Assembly (NCBI GenBank): GCA_964187785.1
Contig: OZ076421.1
Span: 56,668,001 to 56,732,000 of the forward strand
Length of the DNA stretch: 64,000 nucleotides
Reading direction: 5' to 3'
Origin: Amphiscolops sp. MND2022
Lineage: Eukaryota
Positions 11,301 through 22,635 of this stretch are shown here, one piece after another. A program made the translations under genes and the position numbers. Below the pieces are notes generated by a model. That model saw nothing but the letters and a program-made list of their open reading frames with translations. It was not told the origin of the DNA and searched no databases. Position 1 is the stretch's first letter. Each line of letters starts with the position of its first letter.

Positions 11301-13162
11301 ATTCATTTCAGAGTGAAACCTTTCAACTAATCACAGTGCCATTCCATATCAAGTTGAAATTTTTCGAGATCAAAAAAAGCAGAAAAGGTACTAGAAAATC
11401 TAACTACATTTTCGAAGCAGAATGGCACCGTGAAAGAATTTTCGAGAGAGTTTAGCTTTTCAATTTTCAGGAACAGTAAGGATTCGTAATTAGGCTTTTC
11501 AGTTATTTCAGAGCGAAAAGTTTCAATTACTTGTGAGCTCTGATAAAACATTCAAGATCGTTCAAAATTGGACCAAACAGTACTTTTCTCTTCAATCTCT
11601 GTGAAAATGTCATGAGAGGACAGCCAGCAGTCTTCTGTATCAGTAAGGTTTGAAATTATTCCAAGTTATTGTTTCTCTTTGTATAGAAAAAATGAAGAAA
11701 CCTTTATCTGTTCGCAATGTAAACAAAGATTGACATTAGCCACACATTTTGAATAAAGAATCAATTTGACCTTTGAGCTTTATGACTTTGAAAGTTTTCG
11801 CGTTGGGAGCCCAAGACGTACATAAGAAATCTATCTTAGAAAGTTTTCTGTTGGCAGCCAAAAACGTTCATAAACCCCCTTCTTCTTCTACTACTAACAA
11901 CATCTTCCTTTTTTTCACTTGAGTTGAGAAGTGCCTAGGAACATGCAAGCTAAATGAATCCGGAACGAAAAACCAAAAGCTGCAGAAAAACATATTACTA
12001 CAAAAAGATTTCAAGGAAATCTGCGCCCTTCTGTGAAGATTCTGCAGATCTATATGGTTTTTCAAAACTCAGTGCAACGATCTTTGCAGAACCCTGCAGC
12101 AGAAAGGGTCACAAACTTGGGGATTGACCCTTGAAAAGGGGGAAAGTTCACTGGATAAGTTATTTAAAGACACAACGTTCGAGCCGTTCTTCGACATTTT
12201 ATACGGTTTACGTTTTCAAGTTCTTCTTTGAACCGCTTTTACATTTTTGAAACACGAAGTAGAAAGTGGATGTCCATAAACTGAATACTATTTGAATATC
12301 AATGAAAGTGATTGTGGAAATTGCGTTTCAAAACAACCCAGGATCAATTATGATTTTAAACTGACCCTAAGATTCAATCAATCCAAGCTGGCCATTTTCT
12401 GGACCATAAAGAACGCCAGCTAGATCGCAAGTGAGATCAAATCTTTGTTGAACTTTTTGCATGCACTTAGAGTTGCCAGCACTTTTCATTGTGATTTTTT
12501 TCTTGTTGCAATCAATTTTCTTGTTGTAATCAATTTTCACCAGGCTGCTTAAAAGAATCACCTTAAACTTTGCGGCAGTTTGAAGGCTTGAAGTTTTGCA
12601 GCTTTCATTTCGCACTAGTTCTAATAATCAGAGCAGCTGTGGCATTATCAATTTTGCCGCAATTTCGAGGGAAATGAGCCTTTACGTTATAACGTGAGGG
12701 AAAGTCACGTTATAAAATACCAACTAGCGTCAAATTGAGCGTGCTACTTGAGAAGCGTTGACTACACCAGACGATTAGGTGAGAATTCAAGGTGTGAAAA
12801 CAATGTGATAGTGCCGGTAACTATCTTAATTTGAATAGTGGAAACTGCAGTGCAATTCTACAAGATTTACAACCAGAAGTTTACTAAGTTTTCTAGGTTT
12901 CATAAAAATAACCCTGCATGCAGGCGTGCAGCATGTAAAAAGTTCAAGCAATCTCGACTAGCGAAGAAAGATTGTATGATTTGAACACATGATTGAGGTT
13001 CTGATAGGTCTAAGGCAGCTGTTGAGGCTAATTATATTTTGCGAATCTGAAATGCGGTTCATTGTCGGAGACGACTGGTGTCGGTATAGAAAGAACTTAC
13101 TAATTTTTAATGATTGACCTCTTTAATAGTCACCAGGCCTGTTCAGTGAACAATTATGGTTG

Positions 13163-13390
13163 CCCAGTGCAAAATAATTTGAAACTATTGCCAAGAATTT
13201 GCATATTTTTACATATTCTCGTTTACCGAAAGCCTTGGTAGGATCTTGTTTATTCTTGCTTGACACAAAACTTTTAAAAATCTTGATAGGAATCTTGGTA
13301 AGAGTCTTAAAGAAAATGGTAACTCTTTCTTGGTAAGAGTGTCAAGAAAATGAATAACTTGTAAAACAAACAACATTTTTGTTTACAAGT
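13163..13390 (-). repeat. Partial copy of CCCAGTG-terminated TIR element
   Basis: Begins CCCAGTGCAAAA. Reverse-complement similarity to 20094-20268 (e.g. ACTTGTAAAC, CAAGAATAAACAAGATC). Confidence 0.7.
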
Positions 13391-13597
13391 TTTTGCTATT
13401 GATCGCACTACCAGCTACACTATCATTCTCTGAAGTTTTGGATATAAGACGACAACACAAAGCGTTGAACTTCACAACATGATAGCTTGGTTGGTAACGC
13501 GAACAACTGTTGTAAAGGTTCGTGTGGGTTTAGGAAAATCAGTTTTCTGCGATTCTTATTCAGTTGTGTTTAGGAGTTAGTTTGCGACTATGCCTTC

Positions 13598-13819
13598 CTA
13601 AATCTTTACAAAAGTTGTCTCTAGGTCTTCCGAGTTCGCAGGAAGGACTTTGTTTCGAGAGAAGAGTTTTATTTTATGAAAAGAATTTGAATTAGTTTGA
13701 GTATTATATTCAACAATGTTCGTTTTTACACAATACGCAAGAATATAATACAAACAGAATAATATAATCATCCAAATTGACACAAATATCCAATCAATAA
13801 TATCTGAATTGTTTAACAT
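13598..13819 (-). CDS. Candidate small single-pass membrane protein (73 aa)
   Basis: MLNNSD + WIFVSIWMIILFCLYYILAYCV + K. A putative splice acceptor TTTTTACAG lies at 13889-13881, upstream of the ATG. Could be a chance ORF in AT-rich DNA. Confidence 0.3.
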   Translation of the reverse strand: MLNNSDIIDWIFVSIWMIILFCLYYILAYCVKTNIVEYNTQTNSNSFHKIKLFSRNKVLPANSEDLETTFVKI

Positions 13820-14063
13820 TCATCAAAAATAAATACGTCAATGTATTAAGGTAGCAGTGATCAGGCAAGTTGTTTAAATACTGTAAAAACTGGAATTTTG
13901 GAGTCCTATAACGTCCAACAATTTGTTAGGACGAAGAGTATTGAATTTTTGGTCTGTTCAGACCATTTTTATGTCTTAGTATTCTCAACAGGAATGTGAG
14001 ATTAGCTAAGTCTGTTGACAGCGGTATGACAGGTTTGTCAAAGGTTTTAGCTTATAGGAAGCT

Positions 14064-14785
14064 GAAGAGTTTAAATTGTTAAGTTTTAACTTATATGACC
14101 AGCAATAGCTAAGTCGAAGACAGGATTGTCTAACGTCAAGACTTTGAAGAAGTCTTGCGAATCTAAGTAAAGTAAAAGTCTTATTAACCAGCGTTTAGCT
14201 AGGTTTTGTGTTTGGACAGTCTTGCCAATGGCTGCTTGAACATAAGGTTCAGTACTTTAAGAGTTTAACCTATTGCAATGGACTAGCAGGTTTGCTAAGT
14301 CGAAAGAGAGACAAGATTGTCTAACGTCAAGACTTTGAAGAAGTCTTGCAAGTCTAAGTAAAGTAAAGGTCTTATTAACCAGCGTTTAGCTAGGTTTTGT
14401 GTTTGGACAGGCTTGCCAATGGCTGCTTGAACATAAGGTTCAGTGCAGTACTTTAAGAGTTTAACCTATTGCAATGGACTAGCAGGTTTGCTAAGTCGAA
14501 AGAGAGACAAGATTGTCTAACGTCAAGACTTTGAAGAAGTCTTGCAAGTCTAAGTAAAATAAAGGTCTTATTCAACCAGCGTATAGCTAGGTTTTGTGTT
14601 TGGACAGACTTGCCAATGGCTGCTTGAACATACGGTTCAGTACAGTGATTTAAGAGTTTAGCTTATGTTGTGACTAGCAGTGGCTAAATCAAAAGAAGAC
14701 AAGATTGTCTAACGTCAAGACTTTGAAGAAGTCTTGCGAGTCTAAGTAAAGTAAAGGTCTTATTCAACTAGCGTATAGCTAAGTT
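14064..14785. repeat. Tandem array, ~4 copies of a ~192-bp unit
   Basis: GATTGTCTAACGTCAAGACTTTGAAGAAGTCTTGC recurs at 14124, 14315, 14511 and 14703 (periods 191, 196, 192). Confidence 0.92.
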
Positions 14786-15152
14786 GCTTTTTGTACAGAA
14801 TTGTCAGAAAACTCGAACTTAAGGTCCGGCTAAAGTTAGTTAAGAGATTACATGCATTTTAGTTTTTAATTTTAATTTAAGTTAAGATAAAAGTTAACTT
14901 TAACTAGTATTTGCTAGGTCTTGACGCGATAGCGTACTTTGGAGAAAAATTAAGTCTCAATCGAGAATCTGGTTTATTTGGAGCCTTTAGCTCAAGATGG
15001 AAATCCCTATGATTGCATAGGAGAACCTTGTTGGTTAACTTTTTGTTCAGTCGAATGACTGCGAATTTGTTGTCTCGAAGACAAGAATAAAGCAAAAAGG
15101 AAGAAATTTTGATTTGTGAATTTTGTTGTTATTTTCTTAGCAAAAGAAAATA

Positions 15153-15344
15153 ACTTACCTGAAAAGTGAAGTGAGTGGAGTTTTGAAGATTTGTTTATTT
15201 TGAGAGGAAGAGAGTGACGGGTTTGCTTTTGTTTGGGAGGTGAAAAACTGTGAGAAGCGTATGATCGCCTTTAGAAATGTTGGCCCTTTTATACAAATCA
15301 AAAGGCACGTGCAACCAATCGCATTGATCGGTGCATTTTATTGG
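15153..15344 (-). promoter_or_regulatory. Pol II core promoter with non-coding first exon and splice donor
   Basis: On the - strand: CCAAT (15344-15340), E-box CACGTG (15306-15311), TATAAAA (15293-15287), Inr-like TCATAC with its A at 15262 (31 nt from TATA), an ATG-free ~104-nt exon, then CAG|GTAAGT (15161-15153). Confidence 0.55.
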
Positions 15345-16479
15345 ATACGAATAAATAACGTCACATTCTCGGTCCTTGTTCAGGATTAACTTCAGGACCA
15401 GGCACGGCCGAGTACAAGTCGGCAAGGATTGCATCAGCTAGTCATTCAACTCGGCTAGCCGAGTTGGCTGATGAAATTTTTGTTGTTTATGTCAGGGGAA
15501 TTAGACTCTTAAGTGGAGACTTTGGTCTCGCTTGAATAATCTTTTGTTCTCAAATTGAGAAGCTCCGGCCGCACAAGTGGCGCCTATTGTTCTCTTCTCA
15601 GAGATATTTGCTCGCACAAGTGGCGTCGCATATTGTCTTTTTCGTTTCTTTTGTAAAGGGGAGTTTGTTCTTTCAAGTGACGCGCAGTTGTGAATTTGTT
15701 CACTTCTAAAATTCTTTCAAGCGTGCCTTGAAGATTGAAAGAATGCGAAAAATGAGTTACGGGAAATAAATAATTTTATTCTAGCTCCGATGAAATAATC
15801 TTATATAAATGTTTTAGGAATATTAAACTGAAGAAAAAGATGTGTTAAACACAACACTGTAACGCAGCATCCTGTTGCCAACGAAATTTTGACACCATTT
15901 TTGAAAAGTTCGTTCAAAACTGACGTGGCACGCAAGCATGGTTTTAGCGAAGTACCTCTCAGGAGAAAGTGTTGAAAGACAGTAAAAGAAGCCGCCCCGC
16001 GAAAGAGAGCGAGACGAGTGCGACTGTCGACAGTAAAACCAGCTCGGGGTTGTATCCAGCTCGAGCGCTGGTGCCAAGCCACACCAATATCCACAGATTT
16101 GCCGGACTGGACTCCGTTATTATAATTTGTACTTTCTGTATGTAATTAACAATATGCTCGGGGCTATTTTCTTGTTTGTTGCATTTACTCCGATTCCCAC
16201 TGGAGAAATTCAGTTATTTACGACCTTGCAGCTTCTACAAGCTATGTTCGCGGTGGTTGTGAGGAGAAAACAAACAATGCCCGTGATTCCTAGCAATTAC
16301 AGACTGGTATCAGGCCAGAGAGCATCCTTGGAGACGGTTCCCCCTCCTCGGGACCGGTTATCCTTAGGAGGACAAAGTGAGCTGCTGTCATGGTGGTTTG
16401 TCCCGGACCATATCCATAGTACCAGTTCCTCCATTCTATTGTCACGATACAATCGCTTAGCGCTTGCCGTTACAAACCG

Positions 16480-16667
16480 TGGTAGAATAGGTACGCTGAT
16501 CAAGACGACGTTTGCGTGGGTTTTTGTTTGCTTTCATTCACTTTTGTTAGCTTTTCTCTGGAAACTCTTGGCAAGATCGTACATATTATTGTAGCTCTTG
16601 ATTCTTACCAAGGGTTTCACGAAAATGGAAGATTCTTATCAAGAATTTCAAGAATTTTCTCATTGGG
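16480..16667 (-). repeat. Partial copy of CCCAGTG-terminated TIR element
   Basis: Ends CATTGGG. Reverse-complement similarity to 19589-19835 (AATAGGTACGCTGATCAAG vs CTTGATCAGCGTACCTATT). Confidence 0.7.
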
Positions 16668-17677
16668 TAAGAACAATTATAATACATAAAATTTAAAAAA
16701 TATATATTTTTTACACTCAGATGAATGAAAAAATTATTTTTGGACCTGTTGAAATAAAAATAATTATTCTTGAGATAATTTAAACTAAGAGCGTTTAATT
16801 CAACATATTGTCACCAATTAAATAGCCAATTAAATTCGAAAATACACAAATGTTGAGCTAATTTCTAGAACTGCATTATCAAGTGACTTGGGCTACTGAC
16901 TCAAAAAGGTTGAAGAGTCCAATAAAAAAGCCCTACCGCCGCGTTTTGGCTTGATTAATATTGGCTAATTCAAGTTTTTGTTGATATCCGTTTTTCGCTG
17001 AGAGCAAAAATAATTATTTTAGCAAAAAAACCATTAATGAAACCTGTAAACTTCGTGTCTCGCAATTGCCGCCAAGTTTAGGATGCATCTTCTAGGCAGC
17101 TTGATAAAATTAAATTGAATCAGTGAAGTTTTAATGCATGAAAGATTCCTTGAAAATTTTATAAAATCATGAAAAATTAGCTTGGTAACAACCTACAAAA
17201 ACTTGTAAAAAGTTCAAGCAGTTCCAACCAGGGAGACGACCTGGTGTCGGTATCAAAAGAACAATCGTATTATTTTTAATGAACAACCTCTTAAATAGTG
17301 AGCAACTTTTGACAAACGAATGAGCTCGTATTTTAGGAAACATCTAAAAAGTAAAATTGCCTAAAAGCTAATTCGAAGCGCTTTTGACCAAATTGCTCGA
17401 GCTTTTGCCGTCGTCAAAATTTGTTCAAGATGAAAAAATATCGCTTTTCCGCAGAAAATGGTTAATTTAAAATGACCTATTTTCAATAGAAACGGACAAT
17501 AATGCTTCATAACCAATTTTTCACAGTAGTTTTGCCTTTGTTTGCGTCATATAGTTGTCGTCAGCAAAACAGAACACTAGAAAACTGTTCTAATAACTAT
17601 GCTAGTACGAAGAAGTCCCTTCATTACAATTATATACTCTCTTTTCAGAAATACGCAATAGCTTTAAAAATAGCATC

Positions 17678-17808
17678 AACATTGAAGTATTCTTCTTTGA
17701 TTGTTAGCTGAGATAATTTGGCAAAAAAATATTAGGACGATTAGATACTGCAATCGCAGTTTTGCGAAATTATCTCAGCTAACAATCAAAGAAGAATACT
17801 TCAATGTT
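17678..17808. repeat. Perfect 42-bp inverted repeat (foldback/hairpin)
   Basis: AACATTGAAGTATTCTTCTTTGATTGTTAGCTGAGATAATTT (17678-17719) and its exact reverse complement (17767-17808). It extends inward 6 more bp after one mismatch. Confidence 0.95.
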
Positions 17809-17824
17809 AATCTGAGCTGATTTT

Positions 17825-18263
17825 CTGGGGTGTGGGATTTTAAGACCGTGGACCGAAACCCGTAGTGCCAAACCGTAACCCGTAAACCGTAGTTGTGAAA
17901 AAAGCGAACCGTACACTTATGAGAAACACGAGCGAATTGTTTTATACATTTAACAGCAGTGTTTCTATGAAAATTTTGTAGCGAATTCAATTGTTCATTC
18001 TCAAATAAGAACGTCTTTAAAAGACGAATTCGTTCAAAATATTTTATTTTTACGCTATAATTTGCAGAGGGCGTTCCTTCAAATACTATTTTGGGACAAG
18101 AAACATGAGTGCTTTGATAACACCATGAAAAGGATTTTTGATGAAGAAATTTAAATACTTCCGAAGCAAAAGTGTTTTTCAAACCGTACCCTGAAACCGT
18201 AAACCGTAGACGATAACCCGTAAACCGTAATTTCGATTCAACCCGTACGGTTCCACACCCCAG
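17825..18263. mobile_element. Non-autonomous TIR element (MITE), probably hAT
   Basis: TIR CTGGGGTGTGG (17825-17835) / CCACACCCCAG (18253-18263), 8-bp TSD CTGATTTT (17817-17824 and 18264-18271), and clustered subterminal (A)ACCGTA/ACCCGTA repeats at both ends. Confidence 0.85.
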
Positions 18264-19587
18264 CTGATTTTTTTTTTCGAGATAAAGAGCCTAATCACGG
18301 TTCTATTCGTTCTCTCCCACTGAAAAGCAAAAAGCAGAAACTGGCTGAGTAAACAGTAACTAATGGCTCTTTGGGTAGATTAAGAATTCGACGCTTCAAG
18401 AATGCAGACCTCAGTAAAATAACAAGAGGGTATTTTTTTGTCGGTTTTCTTCAGAAAGTGTCGACTTCTTTCAATTCAAAATCAGCTTGTGAGAAAATGA
18501 TATCACGCTTTGTTCATCAAGCGTGAACGTTGCTCGTTCGGCTGAGTGTTATCTCTTCGAAAATACGTGATAATGTTATGAACACTTTGTTTACAAACAG
18601 GAAATTGCGTCACGCAAAAACCATTTTCTGTTTCTGAGATTAATTGGATTTTTTTTCAAATTCTTCATCGCATTGTTCGTCATAGAAAATCTGGAGTCAG
18701 TTTGAAAACATTTTTTCTCAATTTGATGCTTTGTCTATTGATTACACAGATATAAGTATCCCTTAAATAAAAATGCCCTCTTAGGGCAGTCGTAATTGAA
18801 ATCAATATTTCGCAAAATCATGATAAGTTGCACTTTTTCTAAAAAAATTAATTGCTGGCTCCAATCTGCTGAAAAATAGTTGAGATTATTAAAGTTCTTA
18901 TAACTCAAGTGAGATAAATAAAGAGTATAAATAATTGTAGCTCCCACGTGGCCAACAATCATGACGGTCGCAATTTTGATGGACCGCCCACGTTGGTGGA
19001 AAAAATCTTTTCCTCAAGTTTGTTCCCAAATTTGTCTTAGTTTCAGATTTCCTTACATGGTGTTGCATGTTGGGTAGGATGGTGTAGTGGTTAGAGCATT
19101 TCGGCCTGTAATCTCTCTCAACTCACCATTGTTGGATTTTAAGCAAGTCCTTCAATCCTAGCTTAGTGGTATGGTCTTGACAAAGAATAACGCATTTGGC
19201 GGAGAAAAGCAAAACAAAAAGAGCAACGGTGAGCAGTCAGACCTTTGTGACCTTGAGCAAGTCACTTCGAAACCACAGCTTCAAGTCCACCATTACTTGA
19301 CCACTTGGCTACAAATTTGGTACCATAGATCCGAAAAGGATTTAGAAAAAAGCAGAACTGCTTATTCGGCTCCACCCCTCGGAATTGCGGAAACAAACTT
19401 TCTTCATCTTCAAGAACCGAAAAAAGTACGACTTCGGTAACATAACACCCGCCAAACTATTTGTCTCAAAGTTTTTCTCTTTGATAGGCAGATCAACATC
19501 AATCAAGATCAAATTGAAGAAAAAGATCGAAAAAGCAACGTGACATTGAGACTATACCCAACTTATACCATGAGTACGTCAAGGACC

Positions 19588-20268
19588 ACCAGTGTAAAAA
19601 CTCTTGGAACTCTTGATAAGAATCTTGGATATTCCTGGATTTTTTGGTAAGAATCTTGGATATTCCTGGATTTCTTGGTAAGAATCTTGCCAAGATTCTT
19701 ACCAAGAAATCCACGAATTTGCAAGATCTTGCAAGATCGTGCCAAGAAATTCAAGGGATGAAGTGACAAAAGTGAATAAAAACAAACAAAAATCGACGCT
19801 AGCTGCAGCTTGATCAGCGTACCTATTATGCCGCAGCTTTTCGCGCTACCATGTTAAGAACTTTATGATTCGTTTTTACAGGCTTGTGGGACGTGTCCAG
19901 ACTTTGAGAGTGCCGGCGCGTCGCCTCGGAGCTCTAATCTGAGGAGTCTCCTTCGACGTATGAAAAGTCCCCTCAGGAGACCATTTTGGAACAAAAACTG
20001 ATGTCTAGGGCTGTAGTAAGACAACGGTCTCCTGTTTAAGCACCCTAGGCATTGCCCAACTTCCTAGATGTGCGCCGCTACCCGGACGTTACAACTTGTA
20101 AACAAAATTGCTGTTTGTTTTACAACTTACTCTTTTACTCTTTCTCTTGACACTCTTGATAAGACTCTTACCGAGATTCCTATCAAAAATTTCAAGGGTT
20201 TGTGTGAAGCAAGAATAAACAAGATCTTATCAAGACTTTCAAGAGTAAACAGGAGTTTTTACACTGGG
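19588..20268. mobile_element. Non-autonomous TIR element with subterminal TCTTGG/CCAAGA repeats
   Basis: Left (A)CCAGTGTAAAAACTC and right GAGTTTTTACACTGGG are inverted. No clear TSD, so the superfamily is unresolved (CMC/EnSpm-like is a guess). Confidence 0.75.
19852..20093. mobile_element. Solo-LTR-like TG...CA element nested in the TIR element
   Basis: TGTTAAG...CGTTACA, 242 bp, with a second similar copy at 36020-36260. No TSD detected. Confidence 0.55.
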
Positions 20269-22196
20269 CATCTAAACGAATATTATTAAAAATTATAATT
20301 TATTTTTTATCTTATTTGAACTTATTTAAAGTTATTTTAATCACTAAATGACTTGCCGTTTCTCAGTGAAAGTATTCTTTTACTTTTTACTGTATTGCGT
20401 TTTTTGAATTACTTTTCGCTGGCGATAAGTTTCCTCTGGTTTTTGGTTTCTCATTTCATCCATTAGGAACGGATGGTGTTCCTAAGAACCAATAGGGTTC
20501 CATTCTGGGATTCACGAACTTGGGGCAAATACCTTCCTATAACTAGTCGTCTTGTTTTCCACTGTTGTTTTTTTCTGTTTTACACACCTACCAAAAGAAC
20601 TAATTTTTGTGCACCTCAAAACTTGATTTTAATGAAACTACAACTTACTTGGTACCTTGAAGATATCTTGTACGTGTAGAAACGAAGATTCAACAAAAAA
20701 AACAACGATAATGCCGAAAAAGATTTTGTAGCAAGAAGGGGAGAAGAAGTTGGCTTGACAATGCCTCGAATCTAATATTCCACCCTAATTGACACTGTCG
20801 GAAATTTTACATAATCTGGACTTTCAATCAGGGAATTTTTTCGCACTACCTAGAGAGTTCTGAGAGTTTATGGTAGCAATTTTTGCAGGGGTCACATTGC
20901 AGTTTCTACTTTTGCAATTCAAATTTTGAAAAATTTCACCTCGTTAGACACGATCTCATATTACTGACATCTTGGCCTCGTCCCAAGTCTTCCATTTTGA
21001 TTTCATGACTACAAGGAAATTTTTTAAAAGACAAAATTCGGGGAACCTGCTTGGAAAAACGTCGTAGGATTACAATGCAGCTTCCACTATTTCAATCAAA
21101 ACGGAAATGTCTGAAGAAAACGTACAAGCTGGGAAAGGCCATGATCCGATGCCCCATTAAGGCTCAAGATGACTCCTTGTGTACTTCTCATAAAACTCTG
21201 AAATTTTCTCTTGTGACAAAGATTTCCAAAAAAGACGGAGTTTAAGCAAAGTTAATTCTGTCAGCGTTATATGGAAAACAGCAGTTTTTCCCAAACAAAG
21301 CTCTGAAAAGCAATAAATAGGTTCTCTCTGAAAGTGTTGAAAACTCGTTTTCATAAAATTATAATCGAAGCTAATTTTGAAAATATAAAACCGGATTTAT
21401 TATCTTGAAATATTTGCTGCTTATAATTTTGAAAATTTAGTTCTGAAAAAAATGAATGACGTTCAAAACAAAACAGGAACTTTTTAGTCTTCCGGGAAAT
21501 ACCGCTAGGCGTACCGTGAATGTTTTTGGCGGTGGTTGATGGCGCTTACCGCAACTAGGCATACCAGAGAAATTAACTACAGCGCTTTTGAAAAGTCTGG
21601 AACATGGAGGCTTTCATTGTTTGCTTTTTCATGCCTGAGGCTTGTTGCAACAACAGCATATCATTTAGTTTTGTTGTACAAGGTCTGGTTGTAAAGGAAT
21701 TCCTTTCTTTATGAGTCAAGAACCTTTGCGAAAACTGAATTTTGCCAAAAAGGAATTTTAGGAAAGTTCTCGCAAGAAAAGCCCATGTTTCTCAGTGCAG
21801 GAGAAGCTTCACGTTTGCTAATGTCAAACACGGTACCAATAAAGTGTTAAATGAAAACTGTACTAGACAAAATGCGCTTCTGGCGAAACGAATCACACGT
21901 GAAACAAGCCGGGAAAGGCATAAGTCGGCGCCATACATGAGGCTGAAAAATGGCTAAAGGACTTCAAAGTGTCAAGTATTCTGTTTTTACAGTACCCGAA
22001 AAACCCGAAAGTTGGAGCAAGTCGGCGCGCTAAAAGGTGGGATTCTTTAGAATTTTTTGTTATCCACTGTTGCAAAACATCACAAAATTGAAAAGGGACC
22101 CTTTGGGGGAAAATTTTTCTTTTCGAAAAAAGTCTCACAGTGCCGAAAAAACTAAAAAGTGTTCTGTCGCCAAACATGAAAAAAATTGAAGGGGAC

Positions 22197-22473
22197 TGTT
22201 ATAGAGTTAGGTTATCGTGAAAGGATAACTCTTATTTAATGTTGTATTCACTGTGAATCTTGTTTCAGGTCAAAAGACGGGAAGCAATACTCTATTCGTG
22301 TAAGACCATATGGCAAGTGAGCCAATGTAAAACTTGGAACTTTATAGTTTTACCAGTAAATTATTTGTAAATAAGTAATAAAATAAATGTACAAATTGGC
22401 TAAATGTTTATGTCACTCATATGTCTTTAATTAATTGTTTTTGAGTTTCTTCTATTGACAGAGCCCTGTCACA
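22197..22473 (-). repeat. Gypsy 3' LTR
   Basis: TGTGACAGGG...TATAACA on the - strand. About 12 substitutions versus the 5' LTR by manual count (~96% identity). Confidence 0.96.
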
Positions 22474-22635
22474 CTCCTCTCGGTTCTTGACGTTCGGTCA
22501 ACAAATTAAACATAAATAGTTGTGGCTCTTCTAATTTGCTTCCGTTGGTTGTTGTTTGTTTCTACTGTAGTATCTAATCTTCACTAGATGACGAAATTGT
22601 AATGACTTCTGGTGGTTGTTCAATTTCACAGATCA

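Larger units (their letters stand above)
1..11895. mobile_element. Maverick/Polinton (adintovirus-like endogenous viral element), decayed, left part outside window
   Basis: Co-located hallmark genes: A32-like ATPase, DDE integrase, minor and major capsid, adenain protease (+ strand) converging on protein-primed PolB (- strand). All are broken by stops or frameshifts. The right boundary is tentative (ACTACT at 11890-11895). Confidence 0.93.

Noticed and set aside
14064-14785. Regularly spaced repeats with a palindrome resembling a CRISPR array
   Set aside because: The whole ~192-bp unit repeats, so there are no unique spacers. No cas genes, and the context is eukaryotic.
19073-19140. tRNA-like start GGTAGGATGGTGTAGTGGTTAGAGCA (A-box)
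   Set aside because: No T-arm/B-box (GGTTCGA) or acceptor-stem partner follows. At most a decayed SINE head, not a tRNA gene.
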